Notes under the pieces: model-generated
What the model saw: only the letters and a program-made list of their open reading frames with translations
Databases searched by the model: none
Told to the model about the DNA's origin: nothing
Program-made: the position numbers and the translations under genes
NCBI GenBank assembly: GCA_963996245.1
Contig: CAXEIY010000213.1
Location: 1,371-65,370, forward strand
Length of the DNA: 64,000 nucleotides
From: an uncultured Planctomycetia bacterium
GTDB taxonomy: Bacteria; Planctomycetota; Planctomycetia; CAXEIY01
Direction: 5' to 3'
Shown here: positions 50,218 through 60,811 of the stretch, one piece after another
How the letters are laid out: each line of letters begins with the position of its first letter
Numbering within the stretch: the stretch's first letter is position 1

Positions 50218-51249
50218 CTATGACGGTGTCGAATCCGGAACTTGAATATTTGATAGATATTCAACAATCGTATCGGAAATATCGACATTACTGACACGCG
50301 CTGTCGCACGCCAACCAGGTACGGCATTCACTTCCACAACATAGAGCGATCCATCTTTTGCTGGTAACAGATCGACTCCCGCCAACGTCGCTCCAACCGC
50401 ATTCGCTGCCTGAACAGCGATCTGCTCTTCTTCTTTACTCAGCGTTGCTGGTTCTGCCTTTGCCCCACGAGAAACATTCGTCCGCCAATCCAGTGTCGAT
50501 CGTCGTCGCATGGCAGCTACCACCCGGCCATCGAGGACCATTGCGCGTACATCATATCCAAAATGAGGAATGAACTCTTGCTGAAAAATGACCGCTCCAA
50601 TGCGCTCAAGTGTAGAAAAAACACGATAGGCCATTTCCTTATCCGTTACCCGAGTAATTCCCCTGCCTTCACTACCAAAGATAGGTTTCACCACCACATC
50701 ACCGTTCATGGAATCAAACGAGTCCATAGCGATCATTTGTGTTTCGCACACCGCGGTTCTAGGGACTAACAATCCGGATGCACCAAGACGAACTCCACTA
50801 AGATACTTGTCTACCGCAGTCTCTAATGCTCTGGGCGGATTCACAACAGGCACTCCCGTCCCTTGTAGACTATGAAGTGCATCCATGCGATAGACCACTT
50901 GCTCAAGAGATCCCGGCGGCATGGTGCGCACCAGAACTGCATCGACATCACTCAGCGAGAACATTTCATGCGTCCCACGGGATGATAACAAGGCCGGTGA
51001 TATTGGTACTTGCCGGCTATTAGTATTCCTGCGGGCAGCAGAACGGTGAAATCTCTTTATCGCATCAGAATCAACAGGAGCCTGAACGTCAGAAATCGCT
51101 TGAGCAACCATTCCATGAAGCTGACGGAACGGTATTCCAATAACCGAATGACCACGCTTAACGGCTGCGCGTGTAATATCTTTGAGATACCAGCTTTCCA
51201 ACGACCCAAGAACAGCAATCAACATGAGACCCATGCGCCAACAATACAA
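50218..51249 (-). CDS. RimK-like ATP-grasp ligase (H4MPT/alpha-L-glutamate ligase-type, co-located with mch/fhcC)
   Basis: ATP-grasp fold blocks 'VVKPIFGSEGRGI' and 'FIPHFGYDVRAMVLDGRVV' are present. It is the last gene of the fhcC-mch operon. Confidence 0.6.
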   Translation of the reverse strand: MYCWRMGLMLIAVLGSLESWYLKDITRAAVKRGHSVIGIPFRQLHGMVAQAISDVQAPVDSDAIKRFHRSAARRNTNSRQVPISPALLSSRGTHEMFSLSDVDAVLVRTMPPGSLEQVVYRMDALHSLQGTGVPVVNPPRALETAVDKYLSGVRLGASGLLVPRTAVCETQMIAMDSFDSMNGDVVVKPIFGSEGRGITRVTDKEMAYRVFSTLERIGAVIFQQEFIPHFGYDVRAMVLDGRVVAAMRRRSTLDWRTNVSRGAKAEPATLSKEEEQIAVQAANAVGATLAGVDLLPAKDGSLYVVEVNAVPGWRATARVSNVDISDTIVEYLSNIQVPDSTPS

Positions 51250-51318
51250 CGTGCAGTACCTTCATCTCGCCGTAGTTCTCATTACGCGTATACGGAATGA
51301 GATCGTACACAACATAAC

Positions 51319-52368
51319 TCAGGCTAACGATTGTCCCAAGAAAGAATCTTTCAGAATCTCTGGTTTCAAACCACCAAAACGAAAACTACGCCCACTTGAA
51401 AGATTCTGGAATACCACTTCGGCAGGACTGAACAATTTAGGATCTATCTTGTAAAAATCACGGTTGTAACGTTCAAAAATATCTATGAAAGGAACACCAT
51501 AATCAGAAGAAGCAACAGAGGGCACAACGGGGCCCAATTCGTCGATTATTTCATCCTCAGTTCGCACCCACAAAATAACACGGCCACCATAAAGTATGGC
51601 ATCATTTGTTCTTCCAATGGCTTCCATGTCTTCTTTTGCCACAGGGGGAAGAGGAGCGGTTCCAAGCGCACTTTGGATGCAGGAGAGATCAAAGTTCAGC
51701 TCCATTAATTTATGCAGACACGTTTCAACCGATCGAGCTACCACCTGTACTGTACCTGCCTGACTGGCGGTTGGAGCCACCAGTAAATGGGCCTGTACAT
51801 GGTCATCTCCAATTTGATCTCTCAAACACTGCATCATTCCCTGATCAGGAAGTTGACGTCCTTCCACAACCCCTACCGCCATTTCACTCTGTTCCTGATA
51901 ACCCAATACATCGAACAAAGGCTCACGTGCAGCAATAGCTCTCATGGGCCCCGATCCCATCCCATAAAACGTTCCGTTTGACATGAGCTGCCAGCCTGCA
52001 TATTGCGCATACATGCACGCGGCGACTGGATGGTCTGTAGCTACCTGGACAACCGGAGTCGGCCACCCATGCGATTCACCTAGGTTAAGGGTCACATCTG
52101 CCAAATCGGCCATGCAAACTCGTGCCATCGCCAGACCCGCATCAAGCCCCCCTTCTACCTCCAGTCCGCAATCGATCGCGTGGCCGCCTCCAGGCAGATC
52201 ATGGACAGCTACCCGCAAACGATCCTGCTCTCTGATTATTGCGTTCACCTGTTCCATGGCGCGCTTGTTTAAATGATAATCCACCGAATTCCTAGCCTGA
52301 ATGAATGAGAATTTCACCTTTTCCGAGCGCGACAAGATCCCCGCTGAAACGGGTGAACAAACCTTCAA
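51319..52368 (-). CDS. mch: Methenyltetrahydromethanopterin cyclohydrolase
   Basis: A ~330-aa protein is collinear with Mch. It is co-located with fhcC. The true start may be the internal Met 'MEQVNAII', since the track start overlaps fhcC by 77 nt. Confidence 0.6.
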   Translation of the reverse strand: MKVCSPVSAGILSRSEKVKFSFIQARNSVDYHLNKRAMEQVNAIIREQDRLRVAVHDLPGGGHAIDCGLEVEGGLDAGLAMARVCMADLADVTLNLGESHGWPTPVVQVATDHPVAACMYAQYAGWQLMSNGTFYGMGSGPMRAIAAREPLFDVLGYQEQSEMAVGVVEGRQLPDQGMMQCLRDQIGDDHVQAHLLVAPTASQAGTVQVVARSVETCLHKLMELNFDLSCIQSALGTAPLPPVAKEDMEAIGRTNDAILYGGRVILWVRTEDEIIDELGPVVPSVASSDYGVPFIDIFERYNRDFYKIDPKLFSPAEVVFQNLSSGRSFRFGGLKPEILKDSFLGQSLA

Positions 52369-53173
52369 AACATCGCTCCGGTACCACCATGCCCAGCCTA
52401 CGAATTTCCCTGAGATAAATATCTACAAAAGCTGGTCGATAGGAGCAATTATACCGGAAGGTCGACAACAAATCGGAACGCGCTTCCGAAAGGGCATTTG
52501 GATCCTCTTCTGACCCTATGGTGGAGTATAATAAGATTAGACTACCTCGCTTCATCCCCGCGCCTAATCGAACTCCTATCTTCCCAAATAGAAAAACCGA
52601 ACCGGCAATCATGGATACACCCGTAAAATCTCCACACGCTCCACCAATCGCGATCAAACCACGACGCATGTGACCGGCCACTTCATTGCCTGCCGAACCA
52701 TGAACAAGGATGACCCCTCCGCGCATACCTTTCTCCGCGCCTCGATAGGCCGCACCAACCAGATGCCCCGCATCTCCCTTTACCTGAATAAGACCTCCTC
52801 GAAGTTCCGCACCCAGCCAGTCACCGGCATCCCCTTGAATATCAATGCTCCCACCGGTCATTTCAGAACCGCAATGCATCCCGACGTTACCCTGCACTGT
52901 TATCTTGCCGGTTGTCATGCCGGCCCCGATCCACTTGACTCGACGACAGTCACCTTCTACCCGTACATTCTGATCCGAAGCATCGCCACTTACCGTGAAA
53001 TAATCACCTAACCGCTCCTTTCTGTTTCCGTGAAACACGGTCAACGCCCGAATCTCGTCGAGATTATGATCGGCTAGCTGGTCAGGCCGAATACACTCTG
53101 CCTCTACCGGAACACTGGTTTCGGCTTTCCATTGCAGTGTCAACATGTACGTTTCCTTAATCCCATTAATCAA
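52292..53173 (-). CDS. fhcC: Formylmethanofuran dehydrogenase subunit C-like / formyltransferase-hydrolase complex subunit C
   Basis: Tandem GltB-C-terminal-type repeats 'G.VG...G.EMTGG.I.IQGDAGD.LG' occur four or more times, typical of FwdC/FhcC. Confidence 0.7.
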   Translation of the reverse strand: MINGIKETYMLTLQWKAETSVPVEAECIRPDQLADHNLDEIRALTVFHGNRKERLGDYFTVSGDASDQNVRVEGDCRRVKWIGAGMTTGKITVQGNVGMHCGSEMTGGSIDIQGDAGDWLGAELRGGLIQVKGDAGHLVGAAYRGAEKGMRGGVILVHGSAGNEVAGHMRRGLIAIGGACGDFTGVSMIAGSVFLFGKIGVRLGAGMKRGSLILLYSTIGSEEDPNALSEARSDLLSTFRYNCSYRPAFVDIYLREIRRLGMVVPERCFEGLFTRFSGDLVALGKGEILIHSG

Positions 53174-53392
53174 TCAGTCATCCGATCCTGAAAGTCAATA
53201 CATTGACTTTAGATAACGGTAACGGCCCCACCGGTTCTGGGCAAGCGATGCCCATTCAAATAAATAGCCGCCGCCACTTGTATTGTCCTGTTTTTCCTTC
53301 ACCGTTAATTTATGGCTGTTTATCGGCTTGATCATAACTCGAAACTCCTCTTTCATGACCGCAATCGTGCTATTTCATGTAAGGAACTCTTT

Positions 53393-54316
53393 ATGATTCG
53401 TATGGGTATCCTGGATTTCGACACTTCACACGTTACAGAATTCACAAAAAGGATAAACCATATCGATATCGCTGAAGACCAGTGGGTTGAGGGGGCACGG
53501 ATCGTAGTCGGGTGTGCTGGTCAGTCAACCATAGCTCCTCATCGAATCGACGAATACCGAACCCAGATGATCAACTATGAAATTCCGCTCGTAGCCCAAC
53601 CCGACGAAATGATCGGTAAAATAGATGCTGTTCTTGTCGAGTCACTCGCCGGTGAGCCGCACCTGGAACGGGTACGCCCTTTTCTTGAGGCAAGGATTCC
53701 CACTTTTGTAGACAAACCCTTTTCTTGTAACCTGCACGATGCGATTGAAATGGCGAGGTTATCCAAACTTTACAACACACCCATTATGAGCGCATCCTCC
53801 TTGCGATTTGCACCTGAAGTTGTCACCGCATCCGATGACCTGTCCAGCAACGAAACCATTCAGGGTGCCTTTGTCTTCGGACCTGCCCCTTTGGATCCTG
53901 GAAACCCCGGATTGTTTCACTATGGTATTCACAGTGTGGAAATGCTCTACACATTCATGGGAACCGGCTGTAAATGGGTTTCATCCAGAAAAACAGAGCA
54001 CCAACCCGAAGATCGAGCAACGGAAGTTGTAACCGGATTATGGGAAGACGGTCGCATAGCGACACTACGTGCCCTGAGAGACGATCCCTATCAGTTCGGA
54101 TTTACCTTATTTAGACAAAACGTGATTCACTCCGAAATGATCAGCACGCGCTATTTGTACCGCGAACTATTGAAACAGATTGTGAAAATGTTTGAAACCA
54201 ATCAGGTTCCCGTTGCCATAGAAGAAACCCTGGAGATTATTGCTTTTATGGAAGCAGCCCTGATTAGCGCCAGGCATGGCGGTAGTCGTATTACCCTGAA
54301 TCATAAAAATACTTAA
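53393..54316 (+). CDS. Gfo/Idh/MocA-like oxidoreductase (divergent)
   Basis: 'MIRMGILDFDTSHV' N-terminal strand is followed by 'FVDKPFS' (EKP-like motif). The start was chosen at the ATG at 53393, which is preceded by AAGGA. Confidence 0.45.
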   Translation: MIRMGILDFDTSHVTEFTKRINHIDIAEDQWVEGARIVVGCAGQSTIAPHRIDEYRTQMINYEIPLVAQPDEMIGKIDAVLVESLAGEPHLERVRPFLEARIPTFVDKPFSCNLHDAIEMARLSKLYNTPIMSASSLRFAPEVVTASDDLSSNETIQGAFVFGPAPLDPGNPGLFHYGIHSVEMLYTFMGTGCKWVSSRKTEHQPEDRATEVVTGLWEDGRIATLRALRDDPYQFGFTLFRQNVIHSEMISTRYLYRELLKQIVKMFETNQVPVAIEETLEIIAFMEAALISARHGGSRITLNHKNT

Positions 54317-54381
54317 ACTCCTTCCACGTTCTCTTCCCAAGGACATACTCTTGTTACGACATGCGACAGGGAGGTCGATTA

Positions 54382-55272
54382 ATGTCAAAACCAAAATCGT
54401 GGCTCTGCTTAATGGTAGTCGCACTCGTCATACTCGGGTTTTCCATTGCTACGGACACCTTATCTTTCGGAATGCTGAAAGCTTTACCCCCGTCAGCTGT
54501 CGAGGAGCCGTTATTCGGAACTTTTTCCATAGCCACTACTGTTCATGTCAAGAAACAGGATAAACCGGTTACACAAACACTATCCATTTTTCACGGTGGC
54601 AAAGCTTACGACTTCCTTCAACCGGCGAATGAAATTGCTATTTTCGATCCCGTGAAACAACAGATCACACTGATAAACGCACCGAAAAATAAAGCCTGTG
54701 AACTATCATTTAACGAGTTGAACAACTGGATTACCGTTTCCAGAAACCAACTGGAAAATCAGTTACTGCAACTATCCGGACAAGAAGATGTCCGATTGCA
54801 ACAGCGCTTGAAACTGGGACAATTTCTACTGAATCCCAAATTCCATGTCTTTTATGAATCGGCCCAACAACGGCTCAAACTGGCGAGTCCCTACCTCGAA
54901 TACAACATTGAAGGGACAAAACTCACAGAAAAGTCCGTGTTACATGCTTCTTTGGTTGTACAAAGCCTGCACCGATACTGGGACCTCAACGCACGATTAA
55001 ACCGAATCATTAATCCCGGTGGTTTACCAGCCAGCGTCCGAAGCAAGGTCAACGAAGCTCTATCGCAGCACACACTATTACCGGAACAGCTTACCTTGAA
55101 AATCAGATTTGGTCAGCCTGTCACTCTTCAAAGTCTCCATCGGACACAATGGAATCTAACCGCATCTGATATGCAGCAGGTGGAAAACGCAGAACGGTTT
55201 CGGAAAACGATCCCCCAGATCGATCTTGAACAATATCTCACTCTGCATGACAAAGGGAAATCCATTCCCTGA
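54382..55272 (+). CDS. Hypothetical secreted protein
   Basis: A signal peptide 'MSKPKSWLCLMVVALVILGFSIA' follows a GGGAGG ribosome-binding site. No recognisable domain was found. Confidence 0.4.
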   Translation: MSKPKSWLCLMVVALVILGFSIATDTLSFGMLKALPPSAVEEPLFGTFSIATTVHVKKQDKPVTQTLSIFHGGKAYDFLQPANEIAIFDPVKQQITLINAPKNKACELSFNELNNWITVSRNQLENQLLQLSGQEDVRLQQRLKLGQFLLNPKFHVFYESAQQRLKLASPYLEYNIEGTKLTEKSVLHASLVVQSLHRYWDLNARLNRIINPGGLPASVRSKVNEALSQHTLLPEQLTLKIRFGQPVTLQSLHRTQWNLTASDMQQVENAERFRKTIPQIDLEQYLTLHDKGKSIP

Positions 55273-55423
55273 CACGCTCTCTATCGACATGTTTTTGTTT
55301 CGAGACATAACGCAGACATCTGAGTGTCTCTTTTCGCCTGACCGGGCTGATTATGCTAGGCTCTCCTGAAAGATCCGTCTGATTCTCATTATTGTCTACC
55401 TTCCTGGAACAGGATAACCCGTT

Positions 55424-56455
55424 TTGATCGAAACGACACTGGCCTCTCTTGCAGAAAGAGTTTCACTGGATTCTCAAACTGTTCAGAAAACGGTATCCGC
55501 AGTGCTTAAAGGGGAATGCTCCGATATCGAAATTGCAGCTTTGTTGACCGCACTGCGCATAAAAGGTGAAACCATTGACGAAGTGGTGGGTGCGGTTCGC
55601 GCTCTGAGGGCACATGTTACACCTATCCAACACAAACACGACGTCTTGCTCGACACTTGTGGAACCGGAGGCGATGGTCTTCATACGTTCAACATCAGTA
55701 CGGCGACCGCTCTGGTCGTCGCAGCTTGTGGTGTTCCGATTGCAAAACACGGAAACCGCGGAATCTCAAGCAGCAGCGGTTCGGCTGATGTTCTGCGTGA
55801 ACTGGGGGTGAATATTGAAGCGGATGTACCCACAGTAGAGCGTTGCCTTGATCAGCTGAACCTTGGCTTCTGTTACGCACCGTTACTGCATACGGCCATG
55901 AAACATGTGGCACCTGTACGAAGGGCTTTGAGGTTTCGAACACTGTTCAACCTGTTGGGACCGCTCACCAATCCGGCAGGAGCGGATTTTCAACTCCTTG
56001 GTACCAGCCAACCCGAAATTGGCGAAAAACTTGCTCAATCCTTGTGTCAGCTCGGTTGCAAGCGTGCATTTGTAATATGTGGGATGGATGGCCTCGACGA
56101 AGTTTCTTTGAACGATGCTACTCGGGTCTGGGAAGTAAACCCTGGTGATTCTGACAATCCCATAGCATCTTTCACCTGGACACACGAAGATTTTGACTTA
56201 CCCAGCCGATCCCTCCAGGAAATCGAAGTTGATTCTCCTAGTGCAAGCGCCAGGGTTATTACAGCCGTGCTGGAGGGACAACAGAATGCTGCTCGTGACG
56301 TGATCCTAGCCAATTCTGCTGCTGCTTTGTATCTCGTGGGTAAGGTTGATAGTCTCCCGTCAGGTGTTCACAAAGCTGCCGCAATCATTGACACCGGAAG
56401 CGCGCAAACGTTACTTAACCATCTTTCAGAAATGAGTCATGCCGGTCAAAATTAA
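55424..56455 (+). CDS. trpD: Anthranilate phosphoribosyltransferase
   Basis: 'LDTCGTGGDGLHTFNISTA', 'VAKHGNRGISSSSGSADVLRELG' and 'LLGPLTNPAG' are canonical TrpD motifs. A TTG start is inferred. Confidence 0.85.
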   Translation: MIETTLASLAERVSLDSQTVQKTVSAVLKGECSDIEIAALLTALRIKGETIDEVVGAVRALRAHVTPIQHKHDVLLDTCGTGGDGLHTFNISTATALVVAACGVPIAKHGNRGISSSSGSADVLRELGVNIEADVPTVERCLDQLNLGFCYAPLLHTAMKHVAPVRRALRFRTLFNLLGPLTNPAGADFQLLGTSQPEIGEKLAQSLCQLGCKRAFVICGMDGLDEVSLNDATRVWEVNPGDSDNPIASFTWTHEDFDLPSRSLQEIEVDSPSASARVITAVLEGQQNAARDVILANSAAALYLVGKVDSLPSGVHKAAAIIDTGSAQTLLNHLSEMSHAGQN

Positions 56456-56687
56456 GTTTGCTGTCCTGCTTTCGAATCAGACAAAGCAATAAGCCCAACC
56501 CGCCAATCGATCTACTGCAAACTTGTCATTTACGTGTTTTGCAACTCTATCCAACCGGTGCTCAGAAAATCCCTTCTAGATCATTGCGAATCTCTCACAT
56601 GATGAAAGTACCCTTAAAAAGAGTTTACAGGTACCCGTTTTCACTCTACCACTCCCGTGTTAAGATGTTCGTTCTAAGCGTACCGCT

Positions 56688-56761
56688 GGCGCCGTAGCCA
56701 AGTGGACCAAGGCAGCGGATTGCAAATCCGCGATTCGTGGGTTCGAATCCCACCGGCGCCT
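56688..56761 (+). tRNA. tRNA-Cys (anticodon GCA)
   Basis: A cloverleaf is visible. The 7-bp acceptor stem is GGCGCCG/CGGCGCC. The anticodon stem GCGGA/TCCGC encloses the loop TTGCAAA, giving anticodon GCA. The T-arm is GGGTTCGAATCCC. Length is 74 nt. Confidence 0.85.
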
Positions 56762-56926
56762 CTTTCCGTGTGAGTTATCTGGTTTTTCTATATGCCGCCC
56801 TATTCCGAAAATATACCGGCAACCGCTTCAAGAATGTAGATCCTGTTTCTCGTAACGGTTCATAGAATCGATCCTGTTACAATCACAACACCACGGTGCT
56901 GAAAACATTGGACCCCGACAAACTCG

Positions 56927-58273
56927 TTAAATGATTAGTTTATCGAGAACGCGTCCGGAAACATCTGTCAGTCGGAAGTCTCGCCCGGCATAGCGATAAG
57001 TCAACCGAGTATGGTCAAGTCCAAGCAGCGCTAATACGGTGGCGTGTAAATCGTGCACATGCACGGTGTTGTGAACGGCCTTAAATCCAAACGTATCCGT
57101 TTCTCCGTAAGCCATTCCACCGCGAATGCCGCCCCCTGCCATCCACATCGTCATTCCATAATGATTGTGATCCCGGCCATTGCCGTTTTCAGAGACAGGT
57201 GTCCTGCCAAACTCTCCACCCCAGATAACCAACGTGTCATCCAACATCCCTCGTTGTTTGAGATCACCCAGTAGTGCAGCAATGGGCTTATCGATATCCG
57301 CGGCAAGCTTTTTAACGGATTCATTATGGTTGTTGTGTGTATCCCATGGTTGCCCATTACCATAATAGACCTGAACAAATCGTACATCACGTTCAGCTAA
57401 ACGACGCGCCAGAAGACATCCGTGAGCAAAATGTCCCGTGCCATATTGCGAGTGAATGGTTTGCGGCTCTTGAGACAAATCGAAGGCTTCATGACCAGCA
57501 GACTGCATTCGAAAAGCTGTTTCCATAGCTTGAATTCGAGCCTCGAGCCGACCATCTACAACACGTTGCTTCAAATGCCGTTGATTTAACTGTTGAACGA
57601 GATCTAGATGCTCCCGTTGCGCTTGCTGTGACAACCTGTCATTTTTAAGAAAGGGAATCATTTTTCCTGGATCAATCTGAGAATGATTGATATAGCTTCC
57701 TTGAAATTGCGCTGGGAGAAAGGCACTATTCCACAGTATCGAAAATCGGACCGGTCTTCCCGGACACAACACCACATAACCCGGTAGATTTTCATTTTCA
57801 CTTCCTAAACCATACAGCATCCAAGAACCCATACTGGGCACCGTTGGTGTGATGGTGCCGTTGTTCATCAGCAACAACGCCGGACCATGGTTGGGATTGT
57901 CCGTATACACACTTCGCAACACGCACAGGTCATCGGCATGGGCTCGTAACCGGGGCAGTAACTCACTGATAGGCAAACCTGATTGCCCACACTTCGAATA
58001 TTGGAACGGCGATCCCAAAAGACCTCCCGTTTGGCGTTCCGTGCGCAGTTTTACTTCATTTGGACGCTGACCCTCATATTGATTGAGAGCCGGCTTAGGA
58101 TCAAAGAAATCACCCTGAAACGGCCCACCATTCATAAACAGCTGAATCACCCGTTTCGCACGTGGTCGATGATGATACGAATCTGCATTCTGCGGCCTGG
58201 CTTGCGCCAGCGCGCTCAGCCCAACCACACCCAGGCCACCTCCCATTGTCGAAATCCACTCGCGCCGGTTCAC
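56927..58273 (-). CDS. DUF1501 domain protein, Tat signal
   Basis: 'GGGIRGGMAYGETDTFGFKAVHNTVHVHDLHATVLALLGLDHTRL' is the DUF1501 C-terminal block. An N-terminal Tat-like leader is present. It is paired with the next gene. Confidence 0.85.
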   Translation of the reverse strand: MNRREWISTMGGGLGVVGLSALAQARPQNADSYHHRPRAKRVIQLFMNGGPFQGDFFDPKPALNQYEGQRPNEVKLRTERQTGGLLGSPFQYSKCGQSGLPISELLPRLRAHADDLCVLRSVYTDNPNHGPALLLMNNGTITPTVPSMGSWMLYGLGSENENLPGYVVLCPGRPVRFSILWNSAFLPAQFQGSYINHSQIDPGKMIPFLKNDRLSQQAQREHLDLVQQLNQRHLKQRVVDGRLEARIQAMETAFRMQSAGHEAFDLSQEPQTIHSQYGTGHFAHGCLLARRLAERDVRFVQVYYGNGQPWDTHNNHNESVKKLAADIDKPIAALLGDLKQRGMLDDTLVIWGGEFGRTPVSENGNGRDHNHYGMTMWMAGGGIRGGMAYGETDTFGFKAVHNTVHVHDLHATVLALLGLDHTRLTYRYAGRDFRLTDVSGRVLDKLII

Positions 58274-58307
58274 TTTTCAGATCCCACCTTAACCCTTGTT
58301 GGTCCAC

Positions 58308-60620
58308 TTAGTCGACAAATCCAAATTCATTCGCAATCAACAACGCATGCACATAACGAATCCAGGACTCTTTTCCAGACAATGCAACGTAGGACGTACC
58401 CATTTTTAATTCCGATGGAACGGCCTCTCGGCTGAAAAACCTTCGGAACAGTTGAGCTAAACGTTCTTCCACAGACAATGATTCCTTCCAACTCTCAACA
58501 TATTGCCCGGAACGCGACCATATAAAACTGCTGTTAAGTGAGTAAAGCTGCTGCAGGGGTGTCAACACTTGGTCACGTTTGGGACTATGCCCTGTTGGGT
58601 CTGGAAAACCGTGCATCTTGAGAACCGTATCCAGTTCCCGCCGTTTAATGGTTGCATAAAGCGTGCGACGGTTATTTTCCTGTACAGACAAATCTACAGA
58701 CGGGCCACCCATCGTCAGGTCTAACGATCCAGTTACTTTCAGGACGGAATCTCGCCAGGATTCAAAATCCAAGGAACGACGATTGGCACGCCAGTAGCTG
58801 GCGTTTTCAGGATCTTTTTCAAAAGAGTCGAGATGGATCTCTGATGACAGCTGATAGGTGTCACTGGTAACGATTATTCGATGTAACCATTTAAGTGACC
58901 ATCCATTGGCTACCAGTCCTGCCGCCAGATCACTGAGCAACTCCGGATGTGTTGATTTTTCACCTTGAAATCCAAAGTTACTGGGAGTCGCAACCAATCC
59001 TTTTCCAAAATGGTGCATCCAAACCCGGTTCACAATAACTCGTGCAACCAACCCTTGGGAGTATCGAAAAAGCGATTCCGCCAGTTCCAGTCGCCCACTC
59101 CCTTTTACAAAAGGAGCTGTTTCCTTATCAAAAACTTGCAAATAGCGCCGTGAAACCTGTTCTCCAACATAGGATGGATTGCCACGTAACTGAACATGCA
59201 GATTGCGCGCCTGACCTTTTGAGTAAACAAGTTTGGTACCCCATACGCCCGTTGGTTCGGGCAGCACCATGATACTGGCGTCGATGACCCCAGGAATGCG
59301 GGGTACCTCATAAAAAGGCGTACTCGCTTTTAACTCAGAAATTTTTTGTTTTGCGCGGTCAATCGCATTTTGAACCGTGTCTTTTTCACCTTTTTTCTCC
59401 TTCAGAAGTTGCATCTGCTGTTCTATTTTCAGCTCTATTTGCGTAATGCGCTCATCGGTTTCGATGATGGCTTCTCGATGATTTCTCTGAAGCAGAGGAA
59501 TATCGAAAATACGGCTACTCGCAAACACTCCCGCTAATGCGTAGTAGTCCTTCTGAGAAATCGGGTCAAATTTATGGTCATGGCAACGCGCACAGGCAAG
59601 GGATAATCCAAGGAAAGTTCGACCTAACATATCCACACGCTCTTCCCACTCTTCGGCTACGACGACCTTGATCACCTCGGGACTCAACTTGGGTTCTTTC
59701 CAATAGGTAGGACTGAGACCCAGTAGTCCCAATGCTGCAATATCTTCAGACCGGGACTCGGGTATATGATCTGCCGCCAGTTGCAGTTTGGCAAACTGGT
59801 CGTAGGGCATATCCTCATTGAAAGCACGTACGACCCAGTCTCGATAATAGTGAGAACCTGCTGTGCTCTTTAACCAACTTGAGGTTGTATCCGTATAACG
59901 CACCAGATCCAGCCAGAAGCGGGCCCAACGTTCACCATATTGCGGCGAGGCCAAATATTGATTTACCAGTAGTTCATATTGTTCAATCGATGGATTATCA
60001 ACAAATCGATTTACCACACTCCAGTCCGGAGGCAAGCCCGTCAAATCAAAACTCAAACGCCGAACACGTTGATTGCTCGAAGCGCGAGCAACTGGCATTA
60101 GCAGCTCCGCTTTTCGTCGTTTCTCTATCCAGTAGTCGATCGGATTGACTGTTTTGTCTCTCCAATCGTAGTTCGGCAGTGATTGAAAGGCCCAATGCTT
60201 GCGCCCCTCGGCGAAATCAATTACTACTTCTTTCCGGGGGATAGTTGCACCGGCAGGCATCTTGGCACCCTGTTTAATCCATTGCACCAGGATTGCCATT
60301 TCCTGGTCTGTGATCGGGTTTTCTGGAGGCATCTGAAGTTCAGCGTTTCGGTAAGAAACAGCGATGGCAATGAGGCTTTCTTCCGGTTTGCCAACAACCA
60401 GAGCCGGACCACGATCACCACCCACTAATACCGATTCTCTTGAATCAAGACTGAGACCCGCCTCTTTCCGTCCGCTCTCCTCGCTGTGACATTTATAACA
60501 ACGGGCAACAAACAACGGCCGTACTTTACTTTCAAAAAAGTGAAATTCTTCCGACTGCCCATTTGCACTTGTGAAAAGGCAACAACCGAAAACCAGAGCA
60601 AGTCTGTTTTTTAGATCCAT
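58308..60620 (-). CDS. Planctomycete PSCyt1/DUF1549/DUF1553 protein
   Basis: A signal peptide and PSCyt1 motif 'RCYKCHSEE' are present. DUF1549 ('RRLSFDLTGLPP') and DUF1553 ('CARCHDHKFDPISQKDYY') blocks follow. Confidence 0.85.
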   Translation of the reverse strand: MDLKNRLALVFGCCLFTSANGQSEEFHFFESKVRPLFVARCYKCHSEESGRKEAGLSLDSRESVLVGGDRGPALVVGKPEESLIAIAVSYRNAELQMPPENPITDQEMAILVQWIKQGAKMPAGATIPRKEVVIDFAEGRKHWAFQSLPNYDWRDKTVNPIDYWIEKRRKAELLMPVARASSNQRVRRLSFDLTGLPPDWSVVNRFVDNPSIEQYELLVNQYLASPQYGERWARFWLDLVRYTDTTSSWLKSTAGSHYYRDWVVRAFNEDMPYDQFAKLQLAADHIPESRSEDIAALGLLGLSPTYWKEPKLSPEVIKVVVAEEWEERVDMLGRTFLGLSLACARCHDHKFDPISQKDYYALAGVFASSRIFDIPLLQRNHREAIIETDERITQIELKIEQQMQLLKEKKGEKDTVQNAIDRAKQKISELKASTPFYEVPRIPGVIDASIMVLPEPTGVWGTKLVYSKGQARNLHVQLRGNPSYVGEQVSRRYLQVFDKETAPFVKGSGRLELAESLFRYSQGLVARVIVNRVWMHHFGKGLVATPSNFGFQGEKSTHPELLSDLAAGLVANGWSLKWLHRIIVTSDTYQLSSEIHLDSFEKDPENASYWRANRRSLDFESWRDSVLKVTGSLDLTMGGPSVDLSVQENNRRTLYATIKRRELDTVLKMHGFPDPTGHSPKRDQVLTPLQQLYSLNSSFIWSRSGQYVESWKESLSVEERLAQLFRRFFSREAVPSELKMGTSYVALSGKESWIRYVHALLIANEFGFVD

Positions 60621-60811
60621 ATTGCCAACTCGAAATATGCTACTTGATGTCTGAAATCCCGTTTCGTTTCAATCTATGGCACCCTGGCTTTTTCCAAGGC
60701 AACTGCAACCCCGTAAAACCGGTGGGTCATCACGCGTCGTTGTCGAAAACAACAACTGCGTTAACCGCTCCAGTTGACCACCACCAATCGTTCGTTTTGA
60801 AACGTTTCCTA

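Noticed and set aside
55424-56455. Possibility that the TrpD-like gene near H4MPT genes is an H4MPT-pathway phosphoribosyltransferase (RFAP synthase)
   Set aside because: The GTGGD and KHGNR anthranilate-PRT hallmarks are intact, so ordinary trpD is the parsimonious call.
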